Below are positions 51,556 to 61,781 of a DNA stretch of 64,000 nt, piece by piece. The first letter of the stretch is position 1; each line of letters begins with the position of its first letter. The position numbers were made by a program, and so were the translations under genes. The DNA is from an uncultured delta proteobacterium (GTDB lineage Bacteria; Myxococcota_A; UBA9160; UBA4427): contig CAWGJT010000010.1 of NCBI GenBank assembly GCA_963822965.1, positions 704,001 to 768,000 of the forward strand, in the 5' to 3' direction. Under the pieces are notes generated by a model. It was not told where the DNA came from, made no database searches, and worked only from the letters and a program-made list of their open reading frames with translations.

Positions 51556-52278
51556 CTACTTGATCGCCAGGAATCCCTCGAAACAGATCCACTTCATGAT
51601 CGTCATCGTGTCGACGAAGCCCGCCCGCTTGAGCAGGTCCAGGTTGCCCTGGGTGGAGAAGGGCTCGAGCACGCCCTTCAGGCTGCGCTGCTTGTGGAGG
51701 ATTTCGGCCTCGGTGAAGTGACGGTTCAGCTTGTACTCCTGGTAGACCTGGCCGGCGATGTCCTGGAAGCGCGCGTCGGGGGCCCGGACCTTCTCGAAGA
51801 GCACCAGGGCTCCCCCCCACTCCAGGCTCTCGTAGATGCGGTCGAAGACCGCCTGCCGGGAGCGCGGGTGCACGAACTGCATCGTGTAGTAGGAGAGGAT
51901 CATGCTCGACGGCTCGAAGGCATGGTCCGCGAGGTCGGCGTTCACGAACTGGACGCGCGGGTCGTCGCACGCCTGTGCGGCCTTGTCGAGCATGGTCTGC
52001 TCGTGGTCGATGGCGACGTACTGGAGCTGGCTGCGCTGCGCGTTGTGGGCGAGGAACTTCCGGGTGAGGACGCCGGTGGAGGCTCCGAGCTCGGTGACCA
52101 TGGACGCGTCGTGGAGGAAGAAGTCGCTGAGCTGGCAGATGAGATCGTGTCCCTCGTTGTAGAGGGGGACCGACTTCTCCACGTGCGCATCGAAATCGTC
52201 GGCGACGTTCGCGAAGCTCCAGCCGGCGTTGGTCGCCTGGATGTTGGTGCCGACCTCGAACCGATCGTCCTTCTTCAC
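51556..52278 (-). CDS. CmoA-like class I SAM-dependent protein
   Basis: VADDFDAHVEKSVPLY, ELGASTG, YYTMQF, LFEKV, LKRAGF. Confidence 0.8.
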   Translation of the reverse strand: MKKDDRFEVGTNIQATNAGWSFANVADDFDAHVEKSVPLYNEGHDLICQLSDFFLHDASMVTELGASTGVLTRKFLAHNAQRSQLQYVAIDHEQTMLDKAAQACDDPRVQFVNADLADHAFEPSSMILSYYTMQFVHPRSRQAVFDRIYESLEWGGALVLFEKVRAPDARFQDIAGQVYQEYKLNRHFTEAEILHKQRSLKGVLEPFSTQGNLDLLKRAGFVDTMTIMKWICFEGFLAIK

Positions 52279-52416
52279 GGCTCCCCCCTCTCTTCCTGCG
52301 GCTTCCTTCGCCTCGCTTCGGCCTCCTGGCTTCCCGGGTCCCGCCCGCCCCCCGTGCCAGTTTTGCGGGATCCGATGCGGGTTTCAAGCGTGGCGCGCTC
52401 GCCCTGGCCAGCCCGG

Positions 52417-53502
52417 CTAGAGCTCTCCGACGTACTCGAAGAAGACCTGAAACTTCTGCAGCTCGTACGAGAAGATCGAGCGTGCCTTGGGATACGCGTA
52501 GGGATGGAAGAAGGCCTGGGCCAGGTCGAAGTGCAGGCGCTTCTTGGGGTCCCACAGCGGATAGTCGAGCACCGTGACGTCCGAGTCCGCGAACATGCGC
52601 TTCGAGACGACGGGGTTGGCGGTGGCCAGGAAGCGGGCGGTGCGGAACCCGGGGGCGTTCACGTAGTAGTCGAAGTAGGAGCGCTTGAGCTCGCCCAGGG
52701 CCGCGAAGCTCGTCACCAGGTCGATGCCGTGCGGCTCCACGGCCTCGTAGAACTCCGGCGACATCAGCACGAAGTCGTACTGCTCGAGGAAATCCCGACC
52801 CACGGTCTTCTCGGCCGCCAGCTCCCGGGCCCCCGCGATGCGCGCGCCGGGCCGATAGCGGCGCAGGAAGTAGGAGGCGAGCAGGAGCTGCTCCGGAAGA
52901 TCGACCAGCACGTGATGCGAGCCGGGGCGGTGCTGCTGGAGCAGGCTCGAGAAGATCCCGTACGCGGAGCCGATGTCGAGCGCCGTGAAGCCTTCCGGGA
53001 GCCGGTCGCCGAGGGTTCGGTCGATCAGCCCCAGGCTGTAGACGTGCTTGAACCAACGGTGGGTGTAGCGGTAGCCGGCGTGCTCGAAGTGGTACGGGTT
53101 GCCGACGGTGGGGGAGGGGTATCGGGCGAGCAGCGCCTCGTAGCCGTTCTGCTCGAGGATGCGCAGGCAGCGGCGCAGCAGCTCGCGTTCGCCGCGGCGC
53201 TTGGGGTGAAGGAGATTCACGGGGTTCGTGAGCCGGGGGTCTCGAACGGGATTGTCGCCCGCGAACACCCGGAGCCGCCGAAAGTCCCGGAGTACCGCCG
53301 GGTCGAGGCGCCCGTCTTCCCGGATGAGCCGTCCCTGGCCCGCCGAGAACCACTGGTTCCAGCGGTCGGTGTGCATCTCGCTGTGCCGGAACGTGTGGCC
53401 GCGGGCCTGGTTGAGCTCCAGCTCTTCCTGCAGGAGGTCGAGCAGGGCTGCGTCCGGACCGGGGTCGGACTCCGCCTGCGGCGCCAGCGCGATTTCGCTC
53501 AT
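52417..53502 (-). CDS. Putative sugar O-methyltransferase-like protein
   Basis: VGNP, ALDIGSAYG, VLVDLPEQLLLASYFL, ALGEL...YFDYY pattern. Confidence 0.65.
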   Translation of the reverse strand: MSEIALAPQAESDPGPDAALLDLLQEELELNQARGHTFRHSEMHTDRWNQWFSAGQGRLIREDGRLDPAVLRDFRRLRVFAGDNPVRDPRLTNPVNLLHPKRRGERELLRRCLRILEQNGYEALLARYPSPTVGNPYHFEHAGYRYTHRWFKHVYSLGLIDRTLGDRLPEGFTALDIGSAYGIFSSLLQQHRPGSHHVLVDLPEQLLLASYFLRRYRPGARIAGARELAAEKTVGRDFLEQYDFVLMSPEFYEAVEPHGIDLVTSFAALGELKRSYFDYYVNAPGFRTARFLATANPVVSKRMFADSDVTVLDYPLWDPKKRLHFDLAQAFFHPYAYPKARSIFSYELQKFQVFFEYVGEL

Positions 53503-53694
53503 CTCCCGACGGCCCCCACTCCCGACTGGCCACGAGCGGCTGGGGGATCCCCCGCACTCGCTGGTCCGCATTCTAAGGCAGCCTGGCGGGGGAGCCCAGC
53601 GTCACACGCGAGGACGTCCGAGGGGGACGCACCGATCCGTGCGCTGTGGCGATGCGCCCCGGGCACGCGAGGTGCCCGGGGCGCTCGGATCCCG

Positions 53695-53865
53695 TCAGTC
53701 GAGGGACATGTTCAGGATGGTCAGACACGTCACCATCAACACGAGCCGGTACGCCTCCTCCTTGGTGAGCGTGCCGCGGTACCAGTCACGCCAGAGCTTG
53801 GCGACGGGGAAGACTATCGCCACCGCGATGGCGATGTGAACCATCCGCCTCACGCCCAGATCCAT
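53695..53865 (-). CDS. 56-aa two-TM protein, candidate Rhs immunity protein
   Basis: AAGGAGG RBS 6 nt before ATG 53865, overlapping the Rhs 3' end; MDLGVRRMVHIAIAVAIVFPVAKLWRDWYRGTLTKEEAYRLVLMVTCLTILNMSLD. Confidence 0.55.
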   Translation of the reverse strand: MDLGVRRMVHIAIAVAIVFPVAKLWRDWYRGTLTKEEAYRLVLMVTCLTILNMSLD

Positions 53866-56800
53866 ACGCGCCTCCTTGGCTGGGGACAATGCAGGTGCAA
53901 GCGCCGCGCGTCGTAGCCTTCGATGGGGTACAGCGCGCGGCGCCATCGCACGCGAACGGGATCGATTCGGGTGAACACGTACGCGATCGCCGCGATGGCC
54001 AGCAGGATCGCTCCGAAGCCCATCAGAATGGGTCCGCCGCCGATGCAGGTCGCGATCACGACCATCAACGATCCGGCCACGCCGGTGGCCTGGGAGACGG
54101 CCTGCGCATTGGCGTTCTTTGGATGCGCACCGTCCGGGTCCCACCACCAGAGCGGGTTGCCGAGGGTGTAGGCGTACTGGTTGACCTCGTCGAAGATCGG
54201 GTCCTGGGAGAGGAAGCGCCCGGTCGCCGGGTCGTAGACTCGCGCCCCCAGGATCGTCAGCTCGCCGAACGCGTTCCGTCCTGCGAAGCGGGCAAAGTCC
54301 TCGTCCGAGCCCCAGATCGAGTCCAGCCCGAACGGCGCGTAGTGGTAGCCCGCGCGGATCACCCCGAGGTCGTCGCTCGTGAACTTCACGTTTCCCCGGT
54401 AGTCCAGGTGGCGGTAGAGATGCGAGCTGCTTCCCACGTCGATCACGAACTCGTCCCGGGCGATGCGGAGCCCTCCCTGCTCATCGGCAGAGACCGCGCC
54501 GCCCCAGCGCCACTCCGAGCGAACGCCATTCACCGTGGCCGCGATCAGGTTGCCCACCGCGTCCCACTCCAGGGTGTCGTTGCCGTGGGACGACATCCGC
54601 CCGAGGGCGGTCCAGGTGATGTCCCGGGACCCACGCGCGGTGGTGTAGCCCGCCTCGTCGTAGGTGAACGCGACGGGCGCTTCTCCCGCTGTGGTGGCGG
54701 TGAGCAGGCGATTGCCCTCGGCGTTGAACCCGAAGACCGTGCCCGAGCGGGCCAGCAGGTTCGATCGGCCGTCGAACGTGAAGCTCGTCTGCCCCTGTCG
54801 TGAGACGCGGCTGCCGAACAGGTGGCTGGCGTCCGTGGGCACCAGCTCGACGTCCTCGGCGCTCTCCCATACCTCGTCGCCGTACAGGGTGGTGACCACG
54901 TCCTGGTGGACGATCGCGGGGACCGACGGAGGCGCACCGGTCACGTCCACGCTCCCGGCGTGGGTCGTCTCCTCCACGAGATTTCCGTCGGGATCCGTGG
55001 TGCGCATCCCCCGGTAGCCGCCGGCGTCGTCGTACTCGAACGCCCGGGTGAGGCCGTTTCCGTACTCGACGGCGACCAGCCTTCCGCCCTCGATGCGACG
55101 TCGAAGCAACGGGGCGACGCCGTCGCGGATCTCGGTCTCGCGATCCGCGAGGTCGTAGTCGAAGCCGAGGGTGCGCAGCAGCTCGAGGTTCTCCGTGAGA
55201 TAGGACTCGCTTCGCTTGCGCCCGCGCAGATCGTAGGTCCACTCGGTGAACGTGCCGTCGGCGTGCTGCTGCGTCGTCACGCGCCCGGCCGCGTCGTACC
55301 CGTAGTACTCGCTGCCCGAGACCGAGTCCCGGCGCCGGGTCAGGCGCTCGCCCTCCCAGCTGGCGAGCGACTCGCTCTCCAGCGCGCCGGAGCGGTAGCT
55401 GCGGAAGGCCACCACCCGGCCGTCGGCGTCGTACTCGATCCGCTGCTCCATGCCGTTCGGTCGCAGCACCCGCGTTCGTCGGTCCGCCAGGTCGTACTCG
55501 AACGCGGTCTCCTGCCAGGCCCCGTCGACGCGCTCCCGCCGCGCGGTCATGCGTCCGAGGACGTCGTAGTCCATCTCGTGGTCGTCGCCGCTTCGGGCGC
55601 CGGATCGCCGTGCGGCGTCCGTCGCTGCGCACCTCGAAGGTGATCCGTCCCCCGTCCGCGAGGTTCAGGGCCCGCAGGTTGCGGTCGGCGTCGTACTCCC
55701 GGGAGGCGATGCCGCCCGGTCCCGCCATGTGGATGGCGCTTCCGGCCACGAGGTTGCCGACGGCGTCGTAGTCGCGATGCTGATCGCCGAGGCCGAAGCT
55801 CGGGGCCGCGCCCGCGATGATCCCGGGGTGTCCGGAATCGAAGTAGCCGAGCTCCGTCGTGGTTCCGTCGGGCGCGACCACGACGCAGACGGCGTTGCTG
55901 CAGACCGCCGACCCTGGCCGATTCTGGTACTCGAAGCGGGTCGTCTCACCCGCCCCGTTGCTGGTGGAGACCCGCCGGCCCCGATCGTCGTAGCGGTTCG
56001 ACTCGACGAGACCCAGGGAGTCCTCGACCCGCAGCCACGCGCGGTGGGACGGGCGCTCCCGCGGCCAGCCGTCCAGGGTCCAGCCGTCGAACGAGAGGGC
56101 GTCCGGGTCGTAGGTGTATCGGACGACGTTGCCGGAAGGCTCGACCTTCGCGACGAGATCGTCGCGCTGCCACACGTAGCCCGTGGTCTCGCCGGTGGGC
56201 TGCGTGCGGCTCACGGGTCGGCTGGGCGTCGCACCCCAGCCCCAGGCCGTCGTGAGGCCGTTCGTCGTGTTGGTGACGCGCTGGAGGCGGTCCTGCCCGT
56301 CGTACACGTAGACGCGCTCCACCCCCAGCGGATCCCAGTGCCGGGTGGTGTAGAGACCCTCGGTCTCGTCCTCGTAGAAGAAGACGTCCGTCGGGATCGC
56401 CGGCGCCGACCCGCCGCACCTCGTGCACCCGGACCCCGTCCCACCCGTACTCGACGCGCTCGCCGTCGCCCGTCGTGAGCGAGCTGATGCGACCCAGCAG
56501 GTCGTAGGTGTACGTCCGTCCCGGCCGGCCTTCGGCGACCTCCATCGGCGAGCGCGCGTTCACCAGGCGGTCGCCTTCCCACGTGAAGTGCGCCGCCCGG
56601 CCGGTGCGCGGGTCCTCGAGGGCCACGATCCTTCCGTCCGTGTCGTACGCCACGTCGTAGAGCCGCTGACACGGAATCGGCTCCGCGAGGCACTGGCTGA
56701 TGCGGGTCGTCCGCTTCCTGCCGGCGATCACCTCGCCGCCGAACGTGAGTCGGGGATAGGGCGCGCGGCTCATCTGGATCCAGTGGAGTCGGCCGCCCGC

Positions 56801-57298
56801 GTCGAAGACGTACACGAGCCCCGCCTTCGTGCGCATGGCGCCGGGGCCGTGGCGCAGCCAGCGCGTGCCGAAGACGGGATGTCCGTCCTTCACGCCGCCG
56901 ACGGCGTGCTCGGCCCCGGACTCGTCCACGAAGACGGAGCCCACGAGGGACATCTCGAAGCTCCACAGCCAGCGTCCCGTGGTCGAGTTGTACACGGCGC
57001 CCAGATCGAAGGGCCCCAGGTGCGTGTCGCTCGAGATGTCGGTGCGCTCGATCGACAGATTGCCGCCGATGGCGTTCACGAAGCCCTGGGCGACGCGAAT
57101 CCGGGCCGGCTCCTGGAACTCCACCCGGCCGGGGTGGGCCTGGCCCTGGTGGCCTGCCGGCGGACAGCCGAGCAGTCCCATCGCCACTGCGAGCAGGCTG
57201 GCGACCACCCGGAGCGGAACGGGTCTCGGTCGCAGGGAACGGAATGCATGCTGGTGTCGATCTCGTGCCTTCTCGACGCGTCTTTCGAGTCGGTTCAT
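53850..57298 (-). CDS. Rhs/YD-repeat protein with N-terminal lipoprotein signal (frameshifts near 56390 and 55590)
   Basis: Many YD repeats; core end GARVYDPATGRFLSQDPI...NQYAYTLGNPLWWWDPDG; lipobox LLGC. Confidence 0.85.
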
Positions 57299-57521
57299 CG
57301 CGGATTCTCCATGTCGCGAAGACGGGGAATCCGGGACCCAGGTCAGGAGTACACCGGGAAGAGTCGAATGACAAGCGCCTCCGACTCGAAAACGGCCGGG
57401 TGACTGCTTCGCCGGCGACCGGAAGCGCCGCGGGCCGTCCGGGTCGCCGAGGCGCACCGCGTTTCGCCGATTTCGGCGAATGTTTCGCCAGCCGCCGCAC
57501 CGGGCAGCGAGTCGCTGCGGA

Positions 57522-58337
57522 TCAGCCCCGGGCCGGGCCGTCGGCCATGGCGCGGCGGATGCTGCGCGCGACGTCCTCGCCGCGCGGAAGCCGCCGCAGG
57601 GCGCCGCCGCCGTCGACGTGGAGGTTCTGGCCGGTGACGAACACGGACTCGTCGCTGGCGAGGAAGAGCGCGGCGTTGGCCACGTCTTCGACGCCCGGGA
57701 GGTCGCCGAGCGGCGTCTCGGCGAGCATGGCCTCGCGCACGCCCGGCGTGGCGAAGAGCTTCGCGACCATCGGCGTCTCGACGGTGGTGGGGGAGACGAC
57801 GTTCACACGCACTCGTTCGGGCCCGTACTCGGACGCCGCGATCCGAGAGGCGTGATTGATCCCGGCCTTCGCCGCCGCGTAGGCCGCGTAGCCCTCGGCG
57901 ACGAGGGTGGCGGTCAGCGAGGAGATCGTGACGATGGATCCGCCCGGACGACTCGCATCGGCGACCATGGCGTTGGCCATGTGCTGCAGGAAGTAGAGCC
58001 CCCCGGTGAGCTGCACGGCGATCATGGGCTCCACCTCGGCGGGCTGGAGGTCTGCGACCTTCGCTGCCTGCTCGTAGCCCGCGCAGTTCACCGCCACGTC
58101 GAGCCCGCCCAGTCGAGAGACCGCGTCCGAGGCGAGGTCGCGTACGTCGCTCCAACGGGTGGCGTCGCAGATCCGCCAGGCGGCGTCCAGAGAGGCGGCC
58201 GCCGCCTCCAGCGGCTCCCGGCCGCGGGCGGCCACCAGCACCGTCGCGCCTTCCGCGCGGAAGCGCCTCGCGATGGCGAGTCCGAAGCCGCTCGAGCCTC
58301 CGAGCACCACGCAGCGCCTTCCATCGAGTCGTCCCAC
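57522..58337 (-). CDS. SDR family oxidoreductase
   Basis: LGGSSGFG, VNCAG, YAAAK, VTGQNLHVDGG. Confidence 0.9.
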   Translation of the reverse strand: MGRLDGRRCVVLGGSSGFGLAIARRFRAEGATVLVAARGREPLEAAAASLDAAWRICDATRWSDVRDLASDAVSRLGGLDVAVNCAGYEQAAKVADLQPAEVEPMIAVQLTGGLYFLQHMANAMVADASRPGGSIVTISSLTATLVAEGYAAYAAAKAGINHASRIAASEYGPERVRVNVVSPTTVETPMVAKLFATPGVREAMLAETPLGDLPGVEDVANAALFLASDESVFVTGQNLHVDGGGALRRLPRGEDVARSIRRAMADGPARG

Positions 58338-58351
58338 CCGCACCGCCTCGC

Positions 58352-58816
58352 TCAGGCCGCGGGGTAGTAGCGGCTGATCGTGTCGATCACGCAGCCCGGG
58401 CGGTCTCCGCCCTCGATCTCGACCGTGACGCGCACGACGGCCTGGACGGCGCCGTCCTTCGTCGTCTCGGCGCTGAGCAGCTCGCCGCCCCCGCGGATGC
58501 GGGAGCCGACGGGCACCGGCGCCGGGAAGCGGAGGCGGTCGGCGCCGTAGTTGACTCCCATCGAGATTCCGCGGACTTCCAGGATCTGCGGGAGAAAATG
58601 GTTTACCAGCGACTGGGTGAGGTAGCCGTGGGCGATGCAGGCGCCGAAGGGCCCGTCCTTGGCGCGCTCGGGGTCCACGTGGATCCACTGGTGGTCGCCC
58701 GTGGCGTCCGCGAAGAGATCGATGCGCTCCTGGGTGATCTCGAGCCAGTCGCTGTAGCCCAGGTGCTGCCCCACGGCCTTCTGCAGCTCGGCGGGGGTCT
58801 CGAAGATGGTGGGCAT
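58352..58816 (-). CDS. MaoC-family dehydratase
   Basis: FADATGDHQWIHVD, IAHGYLT, NYGADRLRFPAPV. Confidence 0.9.
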   Translation of the reverse strand: MPTIFETPAELQKAVGQHLGYSDWLEITQERIDLFADATGDHQWIHVDPERAKDGPFGACIAHGYLTQSLVNHFLPQILEVRGISMGVNYGADRLRFPAPVPVGSRIRGGGELLSAETTKDGAVQAVVRVTVEIEGGDRPGCVIDTISRYYPAA

Positions 58817-58839
58817 CCGGAAGGGCCTCCTCGAATCGC

Positions 58840-59630
58840 CTATTCGCTCGGTTCCGGCCCCGCCACGGCGGCGAGGAAGGCGGGGCGCTCGCCGCCGCCG
58901 TGCAGCAGGACGTTCGCGCCGCTCACGTAGCTCGCCATCGGCGACGCCAGGTACAGACAGGCGTCGCCCACGTCTCGGGGCGTGCCCAGGCGGCCGAGGG
59001 GCACCGTCGCCGCCACGCGCGCGATGCTCTCCTCGTCGCCGTAGTGCAGATGCGCGAGCTCCGTGCGGATCATGCCGGCCGTCACCGCGTTCACGCGCAC
59101 CTTCGGCGCCCACTCGACGGCCAGGGTCTGGGTGAGGCTCAGCAGGCCCGCCTTGGCGGCCCCGTAGGCGGCCGTTCCCGGCGAGGGGCGGATCGCGCTC
59201 ACGCTCGAGATGTTGACGATGCATGCCGCCCTCCTCCTGCCGCTGCATCACCGCGTTGGCCTTCTGGGAGAAGTGCAGCGCCGCGACCAGGTTCAGCTGG
59301 AGGATCGATTCGGAGAAGCGCGGCGACACGGTGGCCGCGGCCGCAGCGGGCGCTCCGCCGGCGTTGTTCACGAGCACGTCCAGACGACCGAAGCGTCGGG
59401 TCGTGAAGTCGACCACGTGCTCGATCGCCTCGAGTCCGCTTCAGGTCGGCCTCCACGAACACGGCCCGTCGACCGGCCGCCTCCACGGGCTCGTCGGCGT
59501 CGCGCCGGGCGCACATCACGACGTCGGCGCCGGCCTCCAGGAAGCGCAGGCAGATGCCCCGGCCGACGCCGCGCGGGCCGCCGGTCACGATCGCGACCCG
59601 GCCCGACAGGTCCAGAGGGTCGATGACGCG
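58840..59630 (-). CDS. SDR oxidoreductase, Rv3549c-like (frameshifted; start approximate)
   Basis: VTGGPRGVG, NNAGGAP, PSPGTAAYGAAK, LAVEWAPKVRVN, HGGGERP. Confidence 0.8.
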
Positions 59631-59639
59631 CTGACGCCG

Positions 59640-60817
59640 TCAGAGGCCGATCTCCCGCGCCAGGCGCTCGCGGTGCCAGGCTGGGATCGCCGAGCAGCAC
59701 CTCGCTCGAGCGCGCGCGCTTGAAGAAGAGGTGTACGTCGTACTCCCAGGTGAAGCCCACGCCGCCGTGGATCTGGATGCAGTCGGCCGCGCAGCGGAAG
59801 AAGGCGTCCGAGCAGTAGGCCTTGGCGAGGGAGGCTACCTGCGCGAGCTCCGTTCGTTCGCGGCCCACGGCACCGTAGGGGCACTCGGCCGCCACGCACG
59901 CGGCGTAGTAGGCGGCGGAGCGCGCGGACTCGAGGTCGATCATCATGTCCGCGCACTTGTGCTTGATGGCCTGGAAGGAGCCGATCGGCCGCCCGAACTG
60001 CTCGCGCTCCTTCGCGTAGGCGACGGCCATGTCGAGGCAGCGCTGGGCGCCGCCCACCTGCTCGGCGGCGAGGGCGACGGCGGCGCGGTCGAGGATCTCG
60101 CGCAGGTCGCTTCCGGCGTCGGCTTCTCCCATGCGTGCGGCTGCGGGCAGGGCGACCCCGTCGCAGCTCGACGGCGCTGAGACGCCGGGTCTGGTCCAGG
60201 GTCGGGTGGAGCGCGGCGGGAGATCCCCGGCGAGTCCGCCGGCACGCAGAAGAGGGCCAGCGTGGGATCGCTGTCGTCCCACTCGTCCGACTCCAGCGCG
60301 GCCACGATCAGCAGGTCGGCGACATGGCCGTCGACGACGAAGTCGGCGACCCCGTCGAGCACGTAGCCGTCGCCCTCCGGGTGCCATCGCACGTTCACGT
60401 CACGCATCGGGATCGCTCCCGCCCGACGGCCCGGTGGAGGCGAGCGTGGCGATGCACGGCGCCTTCGGCGATGCGCGGCAGCCAGCGTCTGCTTCTGGGC
60501 CTCGCTGCCGGCCACGAGCAGCGCGTTGGCCCCCAGGCACACGCTGGCGAAGAAGGGCGAGCACAGCAGCGTCTCGCCCATCACCTCGAGCAGTGCCGTC
60601 AGCTCGACGCGCGCCGAGCCCCAGGCCCGCCGTAGGCCTCGGGCACGGTGATGGCCGACCAGCCGAGCTCGTTCGCGATCTGCTTCCAGACCTGCGGATC
60701 GTGGCCGAGCTCGCTCTGCATGGCGGCGCGCACCTGCTCGGAGCCCGAGTGCCGCGCGAGGAAGGCGCGCGCGCTGGCGCGCAGCTCCTCCTGCTCTTCG
60801 TCGAAGGTGAAGTTCAT
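59640..60817 (-). CDS. Acyl-CoA dehydrogenase (partner-type; frameshifted)
   Basis: MNFTFDEEQ, REQFGRPIGSFQAIKH, QIHGGVGFTWEYD...FKRA. Confidence 0.85.
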
Positions 60818-60827
60818 GGCCTCGGCT

Positions 60828-61737
60828 TCAGGTTCCGTAGACCTTCTGGGGCGGGACGGCCTTCGCCAGGATGTCCGCCACCGCGGCGCCCACCTCGTCG
60901 GGCTCCCAGCGCGCGCCCTTGTCCACGGTCGGGGCCGTCGCGCCAGCCGTCCGAGACCCCGATGCTGCCGCCCTTCACCTCGAAGACGCGTCCCGTGACG
61001 TCTCGCGACTCGGCGCTGCCGAGCCAGACGACGAGGGGCGAGATGTTCTCCGGGGCGTTCTCGTCGAAGCCGCCGTCCTCGGGCGCCTTCATGTCGGTGA
61101 AGATCGCCTCGGTCATGCGCGTGCGCGCGGCCGGGGCGATCGCGTTGGCGGTCACCCCGTAGCGCCCGAGCTCGGCGGCCTGGATCAGGGTGAGGGTGGC
61201 GATGCCGGCCTTGGCGGCCGAGTAGCTCGACTGGCCGACGCTCCCCTGGAGGCCGGCGCCCGAGCTGGTGTTGACGATGCGGGCGTCGACGGGCGCGCCC
61301 GCCTTCGACTGGTTGCGCCAGTACTCGCAGGCGTGCCGGGAGACGCAGAAGTGGCCCTTCAGGTGCACGCGGACGACCGCGTCCCACTCCTCCTCGGAGG
61401 TGCTGACGAACATGCGGTCGCGCAGGAAGCCGGCGTTGTTGACCACCACGTCGAGGCGGCCGAAGTGGTCGATGGCCGACTGCGACCAGCTGCGCCGGCC
61501 GCGGCGAAGTCGGCCACGTCGGCGCCGTTCGCGATGGCCTCTCCGCCCGCGGCGCGGATCTCGCGCACCACCTCGCCGGCGGGGCCGGTCGAGCCGCCCG
61601 CTGCCGTCCAGCTCCGCGCCCAGGTCGTTCACCACCACCCGCGCGCCCTGCCGGGCGAACTCCAGGGCGTGGGCGCGACCGATCCCGCGGCCGGCCCCCG
61701 TCACGATGACGACGCGTCCTTCACACAGCCTGCTCAT
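60828..61737 (-). CDS. SDR oxidoreductase, Rv3548c-like (frameshifted)
   Basis: GRVVIVTGAGRGIGRAHAL, NNAGFLRDRM, SSGAGLQGSVGQ, YSAAK, C-terminal KVYG. Confidence 0.82.
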
Positions 61738-61781
61738 GCTTCGCTCCGCCTGTTCCGAGGGGTGGGGCGCCGGGCCCGGGC

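Noticed and set aside
47079..53502. Aryl polyene or xanthomonadin cluster
   Set aside because: No ketosynthase, ketoreductase or dehydratase genes lie in or beside the cluster.
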